Shown here: piece after piece, positions 40,446 through 49,258 of the stretch
How the letters are laid out: each line of letters opens with the position of its first letter
Position numbering within the stretch: position 1 is the first letter of the stretch
NCBI GenBank assembly: GCA_035448805.1
Contig: DAOTJR010000004.1
Location: forward strand, 35,848-99,847
Source: Syntrophales bacterium
Lineage (GTDB): Bacteria > Desulfobacterota > Syntrophia > Syntrophales > UBA8958
Reading direction: 5' to 3'
Length of the DNA stretch: 64,000 nt
The notes under the pieces: model-generated
What the model saw: the letters and a program-made list of their open reading frames with translations, nothing else
Told to the model about the DNA's origin: nothing
Databases searched by the model: none
Position numbers and translations under genes: made by a program

Positions 40446-41471
40446 TCAGCCGTGGGGGAGAAGGATCACCTTCAAGGCGTCCTTGCCCGCCGCGACGAGC
40501 TGAAATCCCCGCTGGGCCTCGGTCAGGGGCAGCCGGTGGGTGATCATCCGCTCCACGGGCACGCGGCCCAGGCTGATCAGTTCGATGGCCGCCACGGCAT
40601 CCAGGGGACTGTTGCCGTAAGAGGGCATGAGCTTGATCTCGTTGCGCCAGAATTCATTGAGCGGCACGGACAGATGCACCCCCGGTTCCGTCGTGGCGAA
40701 ACAGAGGATCGTCCCGCCGCGGTCCACGGTATGCAGGGCCTGCTCGAAAGCCGCCGGGGCGCCGGCGCAGACGATGACCAGATCGGCAAGACGCCCGTCA
40801 TTGACCTCCCGGACCCAGGCCGGGATATCCCCCCGGGCGTCGGCCACGGCGTCGGCGCCGAAGACACCGGCCTGCCGGCGGCGGTAGGGACTGATGTCCG
40901 TGGCCATGATCCGGCCCGCGCCGGTGGCCCGGGCCAGCATGATGTGGAGAATCCCGGCGATGCCGCTGCCCAGGACCAGGACGGATTGACCGGGCCGGAG
41001 CCGGGCCAGGCGCTGACCCCGGATGACGCAGGCCAGGGGTTCGATCATCGCCCCGGCGGCAAAGGAGACGGCGGCGGGAAGGATAAAGACCCCCCGATCG
41101 ACGTTGAGACGGGGCACCCGCAGATATTCCGCGAAACCGCCGGGGTCGTAGTTGGTGCTGTGGAGGGTTTCGCAGGCCGTGTGACTGCCCTGGAGACAGT
41201 AGCGGCAGGTGTTGCAGGGGATGTGATGGGAGACGAAGACGCGGTCCCCCTCCCGGTAGGCGTCTACGTCGGCGCCGGTCCCGACGACGATGCCGGCGAT
41301 TTCATGACCCAGTACCAGGGGGGCCTTCTTGATCCGGTACCATTCCATGATGTCGCTGCCGCAGATCCCGCTGGCCATGACCTTGACCAGCAGTTCACCG
41401 GGGCCGATGTCCGGAACGGGGAGCTCCACGATCCGGACGTCGGCGTTGCGGTGGTACATGGCGGCGCGCAT
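40446..41471 (-). CDS. Zn-dependent medium-chain alcohol/polyol dehydrogenase (sorbitol/threonine DH-like)
   Basis: Blocks: SGICGSDIMEW, GHEIAGIVV, structural-Zn cysteines in CNTCRYCLQGSHTAC, and the Rossmann motif VLVLGSGIAG. The start is MRAAMYH at 41471. Alternative: ATG 41531, which abuts the upstream stop. Confidence 0.8.
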   Translation of the reverse strand: MRAAMYHRNADVRIVELPVPDIGPGELLVKVMASGICGSDIMEWYRIKKAPLVLGHEIAGIVVGTGADVDAYREGDRVFVSHHIPCNTCRYCLQGSHTACETLHSTNYDPGGFAEYLRVPRLNVDRGVFILPAAVSFAAGAMIEPLACVIRGQRLARLRPGQSVLVLGSGIAGILHIMLARATGAGRIMATDISPYRRRQAGVFGADAVADARGDIPAWVREVNDGRLADLVIVCAGAPAAFEQALHTVDRGGTILCFATTEPGVHLSVPLNEFWRNEIKLMPSYGNSPLDAVAAIELISLGRVPVERMITHRLPLTEAQRGFQLVAAGKDALKVILLPHG

Positions 41472-41527
41472 GGTCCGGATCTTGTCGGGTTCGTTGCCGT
41501 CCCGGCGGTAACCGCTGCCCCGGCGGC

Positions 41528-42358
41528 TCATTTCTTCTTTTTCCCGCCGCTCCGGGCCGGCCGCCGCCTGTCCGCCGCCTTGAGGTCGTTGAAGAGTTCC
41601 CAGGCCTCCTGAGCGGTGAGGTCTTCATGGATGATGGCGTGCAAGGCCCGCATCATCGCCACGGGGTGGGGGTGCTGCCAAACGTTGCGGCCCAGATTGA
41701 GACCCACGGCCCCGTTTTGCATCCCGTCGTAAACGAAATCCAGCACTTCCTTTTCCGTCTCACACTTGGGTCCCCCCGCCATGACCACGGGGACGGGGCA
41801 GCCGCCGGTAACCTTGTCGAAATCCCGGCACCAGTAAGTTTTCACCACCCGCGCCCCAAGCTCCGCGGCGATGCGGGAGGCCAGGGCGAGATAGCGGGCG
41901 TCCCGCTTTTCCAGCTCCTTGCCCACGGCGGTCACGGCCATGACAGGAATGCCGAAATCCTCGCATTGATTGACTATTTCCGCCAGATTCATCAGGGACT
42001 CCCGTTCGTAGTCGCTCCCCACGAAGATCGAAATCCCCACGGCGGCGGCATTGAGGCGCAGGATTTCCTCGATGGAGGTGGTCAGGGATTCGTTGGCCAG
42101 ATCCGCTCCCAGAACGCTGGTTCCTCCGGACACCCGGAGGATGATGGGTTTGCTGCCCACGGGATCGACGGCGGCCCGCAGGACCCCCCGGGTGACGAAA
42201 AGGGCGTCGCAGTATGGCAGCAGCGGTCTGATGGTTTCCCCGGGTTTCTCGAGGCATGATGTCGGTCCCTGAAAGTAACCGTGATCGATCGGTAAAAAAA
42301 AGCAGTGGCCGTCAGCCTGAAGCAGCTGCGACATTCGGTTTTTCATTCCCCAGTCCAT
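41528..42358 (-). CDS. DhnA-type class I aldolase, LsrF-like (3-hydroxy-5-phosphonooxypentane-2,4-dione thiolase family)
   Basis: MDWGMKNRMSQL...LPIDHGYFQGPTSCLEKP, VVKTYW and LGRNVWQHPHPVAMMRALHAIIHED track E. coli LsrF blocks as I recall them (LDWGMQSRLSRI...FDHGYFQGPTTGLERI...MGRNIFQSDHPVAMMKAV). Confidence 0.8.
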   Translation of the reverse strand: MDWGMKNRMSQLLQADGHCFFLPIDHGYFQGPTSCLEKPGETIRPLLPYCDALFVTRGVLRAAVDPVGSKPIILRVSGGTSVLGADLANESLTTSIEEILRLNAAAVGISIFVGSDYERESLMNLAEIVNQCEDFGIPVMAVTAVGKELEKRDARYLALASRIAAELGARVVKTYWCRDFDKVTGGCPVPVVMAGGPKCETEKEVLDFVYDGMQNGAVGLNLGRNVWQHPHPVAMMRALHAIIHEDLTAQEAWELFNDLKAADRRRPARSGGKKKK

Positions 42359-42489
42359 AGTTCCCCTCCGTGCCGAATCGATTTTCTAACGCCAGTTTAT
42401 CACATTCCCGTCCGCAAGGATAGGGTGAATCGTTTCCCGCCGACTTTTCCGGGACTGCCGATACCGCTCCGATTCATACTGGTGCCGGG

Positions 42490-42535
42490 CGGGAAAATCA
42501 TATATAAAGACACTGATTTTCCCGGTCTCCGGAGA
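42490..42535. promoter_or_regulatory. Operator-like inverted repeats in the divergent aldolase / flavin-reductase-rubredoxin promoter region
   Basis: An 11-bp perfect inverted repeat CGGGAAAATCA (42490-42500) / TGATTTTCCCG (42514-42524) flanks TATATAAAGACAC. A 10-bp palindrome TCTCCGGAGA (42526-42535) follows. Confidence 0.4.
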
Positions 42536-42554
42536 TTTTCCCCGGGACAAACAT

Positions 42555-43265
42555 ATGGAGGAGCATGGAATCATGAATAGAGAAGCCTTTCGGAAGATAA
42601 GTTACGGTCTTTATGTCGTCAGCTCCGTGAAGAACGGCAAATTCAACGGCCAAATCGCCAACAGCATGTTCCAGGTGACCTCGGAGCCCTCCACCATCGC
42701 CGTGAGCATCAACAAAGAAAATCTTACCCATGCCTATATCAGCTCCAGCCGGGTGTTTTCCGTTTCCATCCTGGCCGAGGAGACGCCGATGACGTTTATC
42801 GGCCGGTTCGGCTTTAAGTCGGGGCGGGATACGGATAAATTCGGGAATGTCAAACACAAGACCGGCCAGACCGGCGCCCCCGTGGTGCTGGACCATGCCG
42901 TGGCCTATCTGGAGGTCAGGGTGATCCAAGAACTGGAGTGCGGCTCCCATACCATCTTTGTCGGCGAGGTGGTCGATTACGACAGCCTCGGTAACGATCC
43001 CCCTATGACCTACGCCTATTACCATACCGTCCGGAAGGGGAAATCCCCGCAAACGGCGCCGACTTATCAGCAAGAGGACCACCAGCCCCCCGGGCCGGCA
43101 AAGGACTCCCGGTATGTCTGTTCGATCTGCGGTTATGTGTATGATCCCGCGGCGGGGGACCCGGAACATGGCGCCCCGGCGGGGACATCTTTTCAGGAGC
43201 TGCCGGCGGAATGGACCTGTCCTGTCTGTGGGGCCGGCAAGGACCAATTCACACGGGAAGGATGA
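42555..43265 (+). CDS. Flavin reductase domain fused to rubredoxin (high-molecular-weight rubredoxin, Hrb-like)
   Basis: The N-terminal region is flavin-reductase-like ([13 protein letters not shown]...[16 protein letters not shown]). The C-terminal region is rubredoxin ([12 protein letters not shown]...[13 protein letters not shown]). Alternative start ATG 42573. Confidence 0.82.
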   Translation: MEEHGIMNREAFRKISYGLYVVSSVKNGKFNGQIANSMFQVTSEPSTIAVSINKENLTHAYISSSRVFSVSILAEETPMTFIGRFGFKSGRDTDKFGNVKHKTGQTGAPVVLDHAVAYLEVRVIQELECGSHTIFVGEVVDYDSLGNDPPMTYAYYHTVRKGKSPQTAPTYQQEDHQPPGPAKDSRYVCSICGYVYDPAAGDPEHGAPAGTSFQELPAEWTCPVCGAGKDQFTREG

Positions 43266-43284
43266 ACCTTAAATAGGGGAGGCA

Positions 43285-43851
43285 TTGGTTTCCTTCATCG
43301 TCTTGTTGTCGCTGCTCGGCCTGACGGTCCTTGTCGTCGTCCGGAAGGGGACGACCCTGACGCCCCGGCAGGCGGTGGCCAATTATCTGGAGGCCCGCCG
43401 GCGCGGCCGCACGGAAGAGGCCTATGGCTACCTCACGGCGGGCAGCCGCGCGCGCGTGACCCCGGGGGATTATCATGCCGCCAACTCCCTGGGCAGCGGT
43501 CTTGTGGCGGAAGTGCTGGGCCGCCGGGTATCCTTCGTGGTGCAGGAGGTGGAGGAACACGGGGATCAGGCCGAGGCGGCGGTGTTCATGACCGCCCCCG
43601 ATTTCCGGCTGATCCTCGCGGAGCTATTCACGGTGCTGGATCCGGAGGCCCTCCCGGAAGAAACACTGGCGGCCCTGACCTTCCTCTGCCGCCGGACAAG
43701 CGATTTACTTGACAGATATCGACAGGATAGCTTGCCGATGCGGACGACCGGGGAGATTTTTACTCTCCGCCGGGAGAAGGGTAAATGGAAAATCGCCGCC
43801 CCTCCCGAGGGAAAATCCCCTGCCGCCGGTAAGGACGCCGGGATGACATAG
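43285..43851 (+). CDS. Hypothetical membrane-anchored protein
   Basis: The TTG start follows GGGGAGG. There is an N-terminal TM/signal anchor (VSFIVLLSLLGLTVLVVV) and then a ~160-aa soluble domain. No family is recognised with confidence. Confidence 0.5.
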   Translation: MVSFIVLLSLLGLTVLVVVRKGTTLTPRQAVANYLEARRRGRTEEAYGYLTAGSRARVTPGDYHAANSLGSGLVAEVLGRRVSFVVQEVEEHGDQAEAAVFMTAPDFRLILAELFTVLDPEALPEETLAALTFLCRRTSDLLDRYRQDSLPMRTTGEIFTLRREKGKWKIAAPPEGKSPAAGKDAGMT

Positions 43852-43968
43852 CGGGGGCCGGGTTCTCCCGGCCGCGGTGTCGTCAGGCAGGCGGTTTTCT
43901 CCCCACCGGGGATATTTACCGCTGCAAGCCGGCGGGGATTGCCGGGGCTGTGGATGCGGCGGCGGGCC

Positions 43969-46275
43969 TTACCCGGCGTCTCGGCAGCGACGCCACACCC
44001 GCCGCAGGCGCAGGGAGTTCCCCACGACGGAAACGGAACTCAGGGCCATGGCGGCGGCGGCAAATTCGGGGTTGAGCAGGATGCCGCCCCAGGGGTAGAG
44101 CACCCCGGCGGCGACGGGGATGCCGATGATGTTGTAGATGAAGGCCCAGAAGAGATTCTGGCGGATCACCCGCATCGTGGCCCGGGACAGGCGGATGGCG
44201 GCCGGCACGGCCTGGAGGTCATCCCGCATGAGGATCATGTCCCCGGCTTCTATGGCCACGTCGGTACCGCCGCCGACGGCGATGCCGATATCGGCCGCCG
44301 CCAGGGCCGGGGCGTCGTTGATGCCGTCCCCCACCATGGCCACGATCGCGCCGGTTTCCTGCAACCTTTTGATTTCCATGGCCTTGTCTCCCGGCAGGAC
44401 CTCCGCGAGGACGGTGTCGATATGGAGGGCCGCCCCGACCGCCCGGGCGGTCCATTGGTTGTCGCCGGTGATCATGGCGACCTTCAGACCCATCTTCTTC
44501 AGACCGGCTACGGCCGCACCGGCGTCATCCCTGGGGACGTCCGCCAGACCGATGAGACCGACGATCTCCTGATCACGGGCGACGTATACCCCGGTTTTGC
44601 CGGCTTCGGCCAGGCGCGTCTCCTTTTCCGCCCAGGGGGCGACGATCAGGCCGGCCGCTTCCAGATAACGGCGGTTGCCCAGCAGGCACGTCCGGCCGGC
44701 GATGCGCGCCCGGGCCCCCATTCCGGCTGTTGCCGCAAAGGATTCCGCCGTCGCGGCGGCAAGACCCCGGGCGCGGCCTTCCTGCACGATGGCGGCGCCG
44801 AGGGGGTGCTCGGAGGCCGCCTCGATGGTCATGGCGATCTTAAGAACATCGTCGGCACCGGTCCCCGGTGCCGGCAAAACGTCCGTGACCCGGGGCTCCC
44901 CCCGGGTGAGGGTTCCCGTCTTGTCGAAGACCACCATCGTCAAGCGATAGGCCTTTTCCAGGGCTTCGCCCCCTTTGATCAGGATGCCCTGCTCCGCCCC
45001 GAGACCCGTCCCCACCATGACGGCCGTGGGGGTGGCCAGGCCGAGGGCGCAGGGACAGGCGATCACCAGCACGGAGACGAAATTCAGCAGCGCCATGCTG
45101 AAACTGCCGTCGGGAACAAAGAAATACCAGACGCTGAAGGTGATGAAGCCGATGGCGAAAACTACGGGCACGAAGACCGCCGCCACCCGGTCGGCGACGC
45201 GTTGAATAGGGGCCTTGGAACCCTGGGCCTGCTCCACGAGGCTGATGATCCGGGCCAGAGCGGTTTCCGAGCCGATTTTCGTGGCCGTGAAGGTGAAGGC
45301 CCCGCTTTTGTTGATCGTGGCGGCATAAACCGCCGCGCCGGGTCCCTTGGGGACGGGCATGCTCTCCCCGGTGAGCATGGATTCGTCGATACTCGACGAT
45401 CCGGAGACAATGATGCCGTCGGTGGGAACCTTCTCCCCGGGACGGACGATGAGGAGCTCTCCCCGGAGGATGGCCTCGATGGGGATATCCCGCTCCTCCC
45501 CGTTCCGGATGACCCGGGCGGTCTTGGGCCGGAGCGCCATGAGCCTCTGGATGGCCGCCGAGGTTTTGCCCTTGGCATGCGCCTCCAAGAGGCGGCCCAG
45601 GATGATGAGGGTGACGATCATGGCGGCGCCGTCGTAATAGACATGAGGCATGACCCCCGCGGCGGTGAAGATGTCGGGGAGGAAGGTGGCCAGGGAGGAA
45701 TAGGCGTAGGCGGCGAAGGCCCCCACGGCGACCAGGGTGTTCATGTCCGTGGTCCTCTGCCGGGCGGCTTTGATGGCGCCGGTGAAGAAGCGACTTCCCA
45801 CCCAGAAGACAACGGGGGTGGTGAAGATGAACATGGCGATGCGCAGCGGTGTTTGGGGCAGGGTGTCCAGAACGGGAAACCAGTGCGGCATGGAACCGAA
45901 AAAGATCACGACGCTCAGGACCATGCCGACGGTGAACCGGAGCCGCAGATCCCGGATCTCCGCGTCCCGGGCCGCGGCGATGGGGTCGGCGCGGAATTCG
46001 TCGGGGACGCCCAGGTAATCGTAACCCGTTTCCGTGATGACCTTTCCCGCTTCCTCCAGTCCGGCCCAGTCGGGCCGGTGACGGAGAGTCGCCCGGCCGG
46101 TGGCGAGATTGACCGCCGCCTCCTCCACACCGGGGAGAGACTGCAGGGCCCGCTCGACGCGACGCACGCAGGCCGCGCAGGTCATGCCCCCCACGGCGAT
46201 CGTAGTGTCCGTCCGGGCTTCTTCCCCGGCGTTCGGCGTCGGCCCCCGGGAGTCATGGCGGGGAATGTTGGACAT
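43969..46275 (-). CDS. copA: Copper-translocating P1B-type ATPase
   Basis: One N-terminal HMA domain ([15 protein letters not shown]), the CPC motif ([11 protein letters not shown]), DKTGTLT, TGES, and [13 protein letters not shown] 46275 is preferred over the ORF-track 46347. Confidence 0.93.
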   Translation of the reverse strand: MSNIPRHDSRGPTPNAGEEARTDTTIAVGGMTCAACVRRVERALQSLPGVEEAAVNLATGRATLRHRPDWAGLEEAGKVITETGYDYLGVPDEFRADPIAAARDAEIRDLRLRFTVGMVLSVVIFFGSMPHWFPVLDTLPQTPLRIAMFIFTTPVVFWVGSRFFTGAIKAARQRTTDMNTLVAVGAFAAYAYSSLATFLPDIFTAAGVMPHVYYDGAAMIVTLIILGRLLEAHAKGKTSAAIQRLMALRPKTARVIRNGEERDIPIEAILRGELLIVRPGEKVPTDGIIVSGSSSIDESMLTGESMPVPKGPGAAVYAATINKSGAFTFTATKIGSETALARIISLVEQAQGSKAPIQRVADRVAAVFVPVVFAIGFITFSVWYFFVPDGSFSMALLNFVSVLVIACPCALGLATPTAVMVGTGLGAEQGILIKGGEALEKAYRLTMVVFDKTGTLTRGEPRVTDVLPAPGTGADDVLKIAMTIEAASEHPLGAAIVQEGRARGLAAATAESFAATAGMGARARIAGRTCLLGNRRYLEAAGLIVAPWAEKETRLAEAGKTGVYVARDQEIVGLIGLADVPRDDAGAAVAGLKKMGLKVAMITGDNQWTARAVGAALHIDTVLAEVLPGDKAMEIKRLQETGAIVAMVGDGINDAPALAAADIGIAVGGGTDVAIEAGDMILMRDDLQAVPAAIRLSRATMRVIRQNLFWAFIYNIIGIPVAAGVLYPWGGILLNPEFAAAAMALSSVSVVGNSLRLRRVWRRCRDAG

Positions 46276-46421
46276 CTTTACCGGATTCCGTTCGTTTTTC
46301 GGTAATTGCCCCCGGCCCGGCGTTAAGAAACATACCGGCACACGCACCGGGAGAAGTCAAAATGCTCGGTCTGGTCGTCGCGGTCATGGCGTCACCGCCG
46401 TCGGTAACCGGGCCGGGCCTG

Positions 46422-46622
46422 TTACGGTGTCTCGTATCCGGCCCGGCGAACCGCCTCCCGGAGCAGTTCCCGGGAGACGGGCGTTTCCTCGTCGAAGGTC
46501 GCCGCGCCCTGCTCCAGGCTCACGCGGACGTTCTTCACGCCCGGTATGCCCGCCAGCGCTTTGGTTACAGCCGCCACACAGTGTCCGCAGGACATCCCCC
46601 TAATCTCGATGGTCGTTGCCAA
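46422..46622 (-). CDS. copZ: Copper chaperone CopZ (HMA domain)
   Basis: 66 aa, with MSCGHCVAAVTKAL. The TTG start has a strong AAGGAGGGG Shine-Dalgarno. It is directly upstream of copA. Confidence 0.85.
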   Translation of the reverse strand: MATTIEIRGMSCGHCVAAVTKALAGIPGVKNVRVSLEQGAATFDEETPVSRELLREAVRRAGYETP

Positions 46623-46860
46623 CTTGACCCCTCCTTTCTTGATGAAGGCGCATGTTTATACCGGTGGCGGAAGATCGTCGCGAGCGTGGCATATAAAAAT
46701 GCCTTCCCGCGCTATTGAACCCCCCGCCGGCCCCTGCCCGCCGGGCGGCGACCATGCTTCCCGGATCCGCGCCGGGTCCTAATATACGCATGAATTATCC
46801 CTTGACAAGAGCCTGTCAGGACGCTTATAAAAAAATATCGACAGGTGAAAAGGATTTTCT

Positions 46861-47694
46861 ATGATCATCCGCTGTTGGGGGGCCCGGGGGTCCATTCCCG
46901 TCTCTGGTCCGGAGTACCTGAAATACGGTGGCGACACCACCTGCCTCGAGATCCGGACCAATAAGGACGACATCATTATCGTGGATGCCGGATCGGGGAT
47001 CAGACGCCTCGGCGGCGCCCTGCTTGCGGAGGGGCGGCGCGACTACAACATGTTCTTCACCCACGCCCACTGGGATCACCTCCTGGGATTCCCCTTCTTC
47101 AAACCCATCTATCTCCCGGGCACCCAGATCAGTGTTTACGGCTGTCCCTTTGCCCAGATCTCCGTCCAGGAGCTGATCTCCCAGGTCATGGCGGCGCCCC
47201 ATTTCCCGATCGAATATCAGGACATCCGCTGTGAAATTTCCTACCACCAGACCTGCGGGGATCACTTTACCGTCAATTCCATGAACGTGACCTCCTTTCC
47301 CCTGAGCCATCCCAATGAAGGGATGGGCTACCGTTTCGAGGAGGACGGAAAAGCCTTCGTCTTTCTCACGGACAACGAGCTGTCCCATGTACATCCCGGC
47401 GGTATGGGCTTCGACGATTACGCCGGCTTCGCCGCCGGCGCCGATCTCCTCATCCACGACGCCGAATTTCGGGATGACGACTACAAGCGGACCTGGGGAC
47501 ATTCCACCTATACCGATGCGGTACGCCTCGCCCTGGCGGCGGGAGTGAAGACCCTGGGGCTGTTTCACCACAATCAGGAACGGACCGACGCCTCTGTGGA
47601 CGATATCCTGGAACGGAGTATCGCCCTCGCCCGGGAGTCGGGGAAGGCGTTGCAATGCTGCGCCGTTTATCGGGACATGCAGATCGTCCTTTGA
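46861..47694 (+). CDS. MBL-fold metallo-hydrolase
   Basis: Metal motif HAHWDHLLG, with D and H residues downstream (FLTDNE, IHDAEF, GHST). 277 aa. Confidence 0.8.
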   Translation: MIIRCWGARGSIPVSGPEYLKYGGDTTCLEIRTNKDDIIIVDAGSGIRRLGGALLAEGRRDYNMFFTHAHWDHLLGFPFFKPIYLPGTQISVYGCPFAQISVQELISQVMAAPHFPIEYQDIRCEISYHQTCGDHFTVNSMNVTSFPLSHPNEGMGYRFEEDGKAFVFLTDNELSHVHPGGMGFDDYAGFAAGADLLIHDAEFRDDDYKRTWGHSTYTDAVRLALAAGVKTLGLFHHNQERTDASVDDILERSIALARESGKALQCCAVYRDMQIVL

Positions 47695-47709
47695 GGTCCG
47701 GCCCCCCTT

Positions 47710-48051
47710 TCAGACCCTGCCGAAGTCATCCGCGATTCTTTCGATGTCGTCTTCTCCGAAGTAATCCCCGGTCTGCACCTCGATGAAGACCACATTTTCG
47801 GAGCCCCGGTTGGCGAGGCGGTGGCTGGCGCCGGCGGGAATATCCACCGCCCGGCCCGGGAGCAGGGGTATTTCCTGATCGTCCAGGGTTGTCAGGGCCT
47901 GTCCCCGGATCAGGTACCAGTGTTCGGAACGGTGTCGGTGGCGCTGCAGACTCAGGCGCCGGCCAGGATAGACGGTGATGCGCTTGACCTTGTGATCGGC
48001 GGCGTCGGTCAGGACCTCGTAGTACCCCCAGGGGCGATGATCGGTTGGCAT
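47710..48051 (-). CDS. Stand-alone cupin, mannose-6-phosphate isomerase type II C-terminal-domain-like
   Basis: RPWGYYEVL...KVKRITVYPGRRLSLQRHRHRSEHWYLIRG...IEVQTGDYFGEDDIERIADDFGR matches the ManC C-terminal cupin pattern. ATG 48051; the ORF-track start at 48390 is an extension. Confidence 0.78.
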   Translation of the reverse strand: MPTDHRPWGYYEVLTDAADHKVKRITVYPGRRLSLQRHRHRSEHWYLIRGQALTTLDDQEIPLLPGRAVDIPAGASHRLANRGSENVVFIEVQTGDYFGEDDIERIADDFGRV

Positions 48052-48323
48052 GGTGTTTTTCTCCTCCCCGGCTGCAATAGAATTTCTCCACCCGGCACCG
48101 GGCGGCTTGTCGCCGCCTTTCGGTTCGCCGGACCCCCCTTCTGATCGGCGGCGGCAAGTTTTCCCGGTAGGACGGGACCACCCGCGTCCGGCGGCAGGGA
48201 CGGAAATTCCACATACCACAGGGGGCGGGGTTTGCATAGCCATGGTGAGGGCCCGGGAGGGTTGTTTTACCGCCGGGGAAAGTTTTCCCCGCCGCCGGTC
48301 TTTTTGCTGAGAGCTGTTACATG

Positions 48324-48404
48324 AGCATGAAAATACACCGGGGTGATTTCCAGAAACCATTTTCATCGTTCCCGGGTGCCGCCCCGGCATGAAAATTTAT
48401 ATGT
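48324..48404 (+). repeat. 81-nt structured repeat, copy A (74/81 identical to 57080-57160)
   Basis: Contains ATGAAAAT (48327), its complement ATTTTCAT (48359) and ATGAAAAT again (48389). It also has a 16-bp near-palindrome TGATTTCCAGAAACCA (48344-48359), a GC hairpin CCGGG-TGCCG-CCCGG, and ends in AAAATTTATATGT. Confidence 0.85.
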
Positions 48405-48444
48405 GTCTTGACGGCGTCGCCAAAACTCAATATGCTCCCCCGTC

Positions 48445-49125
48445 ATGGACCTGACCTACGAGCTGATCCGGAGCGCCAAACGCCGCAAGACCATGTCCCT
48501 GGTCGTCATGCCGGGGGGGGTGATCGTCATCCGGGCGCCCCGCCATGTCCCCTCCGGGGAGGTGGACGGATTTTTCCGCCGCAAACGGCCCTGGATCGAG
48601 AAGAAACTGGCGGACCTCGAAGGGCGCCGCGCAACCTGGGGAACGGACGGCCGGGGCGGGGGCAGGGTCCTTTTTCTTGGGGTCTCCTATCCGGTGGTGG
48701 TCAGGGACGTTGACGGTCCGGCCGGCGGCCTGTCCTTCGACGGCATACGGTTCCTCCTGGCCCCGGGGGCCGGCGACGGGAGACGGGAGATGCTGCAGGC
48801 CTGGTATTGCGGACAGGCGGCTTCTTTCCTTCCCGGCCGGGTCAAATATTTCGAGGAACTATGGGGCTGCCGGTCCCGTTCGGTGCGGATCAGCAAAGCG
48901 CGGTCGCGATGGGGCTCGTGTTCCGCCGACAATCGCCTGGCCTTTTCCTGGCGGCTCATGATGGCCCCGCCCGCCGTGATCGATTATGTGGTCGTCCATG
49001 AACTGGCCCATCTGCGGGAGAAGAACCATTCGCCGCGCTTCTGGGCCCTCGTGGGAGAGATGTGTCCCGATTACCGGCAGTTGCGGCGCCGGCTGAATAC
49101 ATTGGGGACGGGGGCCTTGTTATGA
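48445..49125 (+). CDS. M48-family/YgjP-like (DUF45) zinc metallopeptidase
   Basis: N-terminus YELIRSAKRRKTMSLVV. HExxH lies in VVHELAHLREKNHSPRFWALV. 226 aa. Confidence 0.8.
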   Translation: MDLTYELIRSAKRRKTMSLVVMPGGVIVIRAPRHVPSGEVDGFFRRKRPWIEKKLADLEGRRATWGTDGRGGGRVLFLGVSYPVVVRDVDGPAGGLSFDGIRFLLAPGAGDGRREMLQAWYCGQAASFLPGRVKYFEELWGCRSRSVRISKARSRWGSCSADNRLAFSWRLMMAPPAVIDYVVVHELAHLREKNHSPRFWALVGEMCPDYRQLRRRLNTLGTGALL

Positions 49126-49180
49126 CGGCCGGCTCCCGTCCGACAAACATCCGTGCCGCCCGGGGTGAGTACGGAGAAAG

Positions 49181-49214
49181 GTGATAATATCCATGCACTT
49201 GCGGCCATTATCAC
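49181..49214. promoter_or_regulatory. Fur-box-like inverted repeat upstream of feoAB (GTGATAAT-18 nt-ATTATCAC)
   Basis: Perfect 8-bp arms at 49181-49188 and 49207-49214 contain the GATAAT/ATTATC hexamers of the Fur consensus. The site is about 45 nt upstream of the feoA ATG. The spacing is not the canonical contiguous 19-mer. Confidence 0.35.
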
Positions 49215-49258
49215 TTCAAACTGAGGCGGGAAAGCAACAGCAATGAGGCTGAACACTT

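Noticed and set aside
48327-48392. ATG-initiated micro-ORF inside the 81-nt repeat (MKIHRGDFQKPFSSFPGAAPA in copy A, MKRHRGDFHKSFSSLAGAAPA in copy B)
   Set aside because: Every nucleotide difference between the two copies is non-synonymous in this frame, and there is no Shine-Dalgarno. That gives no evidence of coding constraint. The GTG frame is kept only as a weak alternative in the findings.
48386-48400. Reading GGCATGAAAATTTAT (present in both 81-nt repeat copies, and as GGCAGGAAAATTTAT at 62378-62392) as a sigma54 -24/-12 promoter
   Set aside because: The -24 half (GGCATG) fits. At the -12 position the sequence is TTTAT, so the nearly invariant GC of TTGC is missing in all three copies. 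Two of the three copies also have no downstream gene in that orientation.
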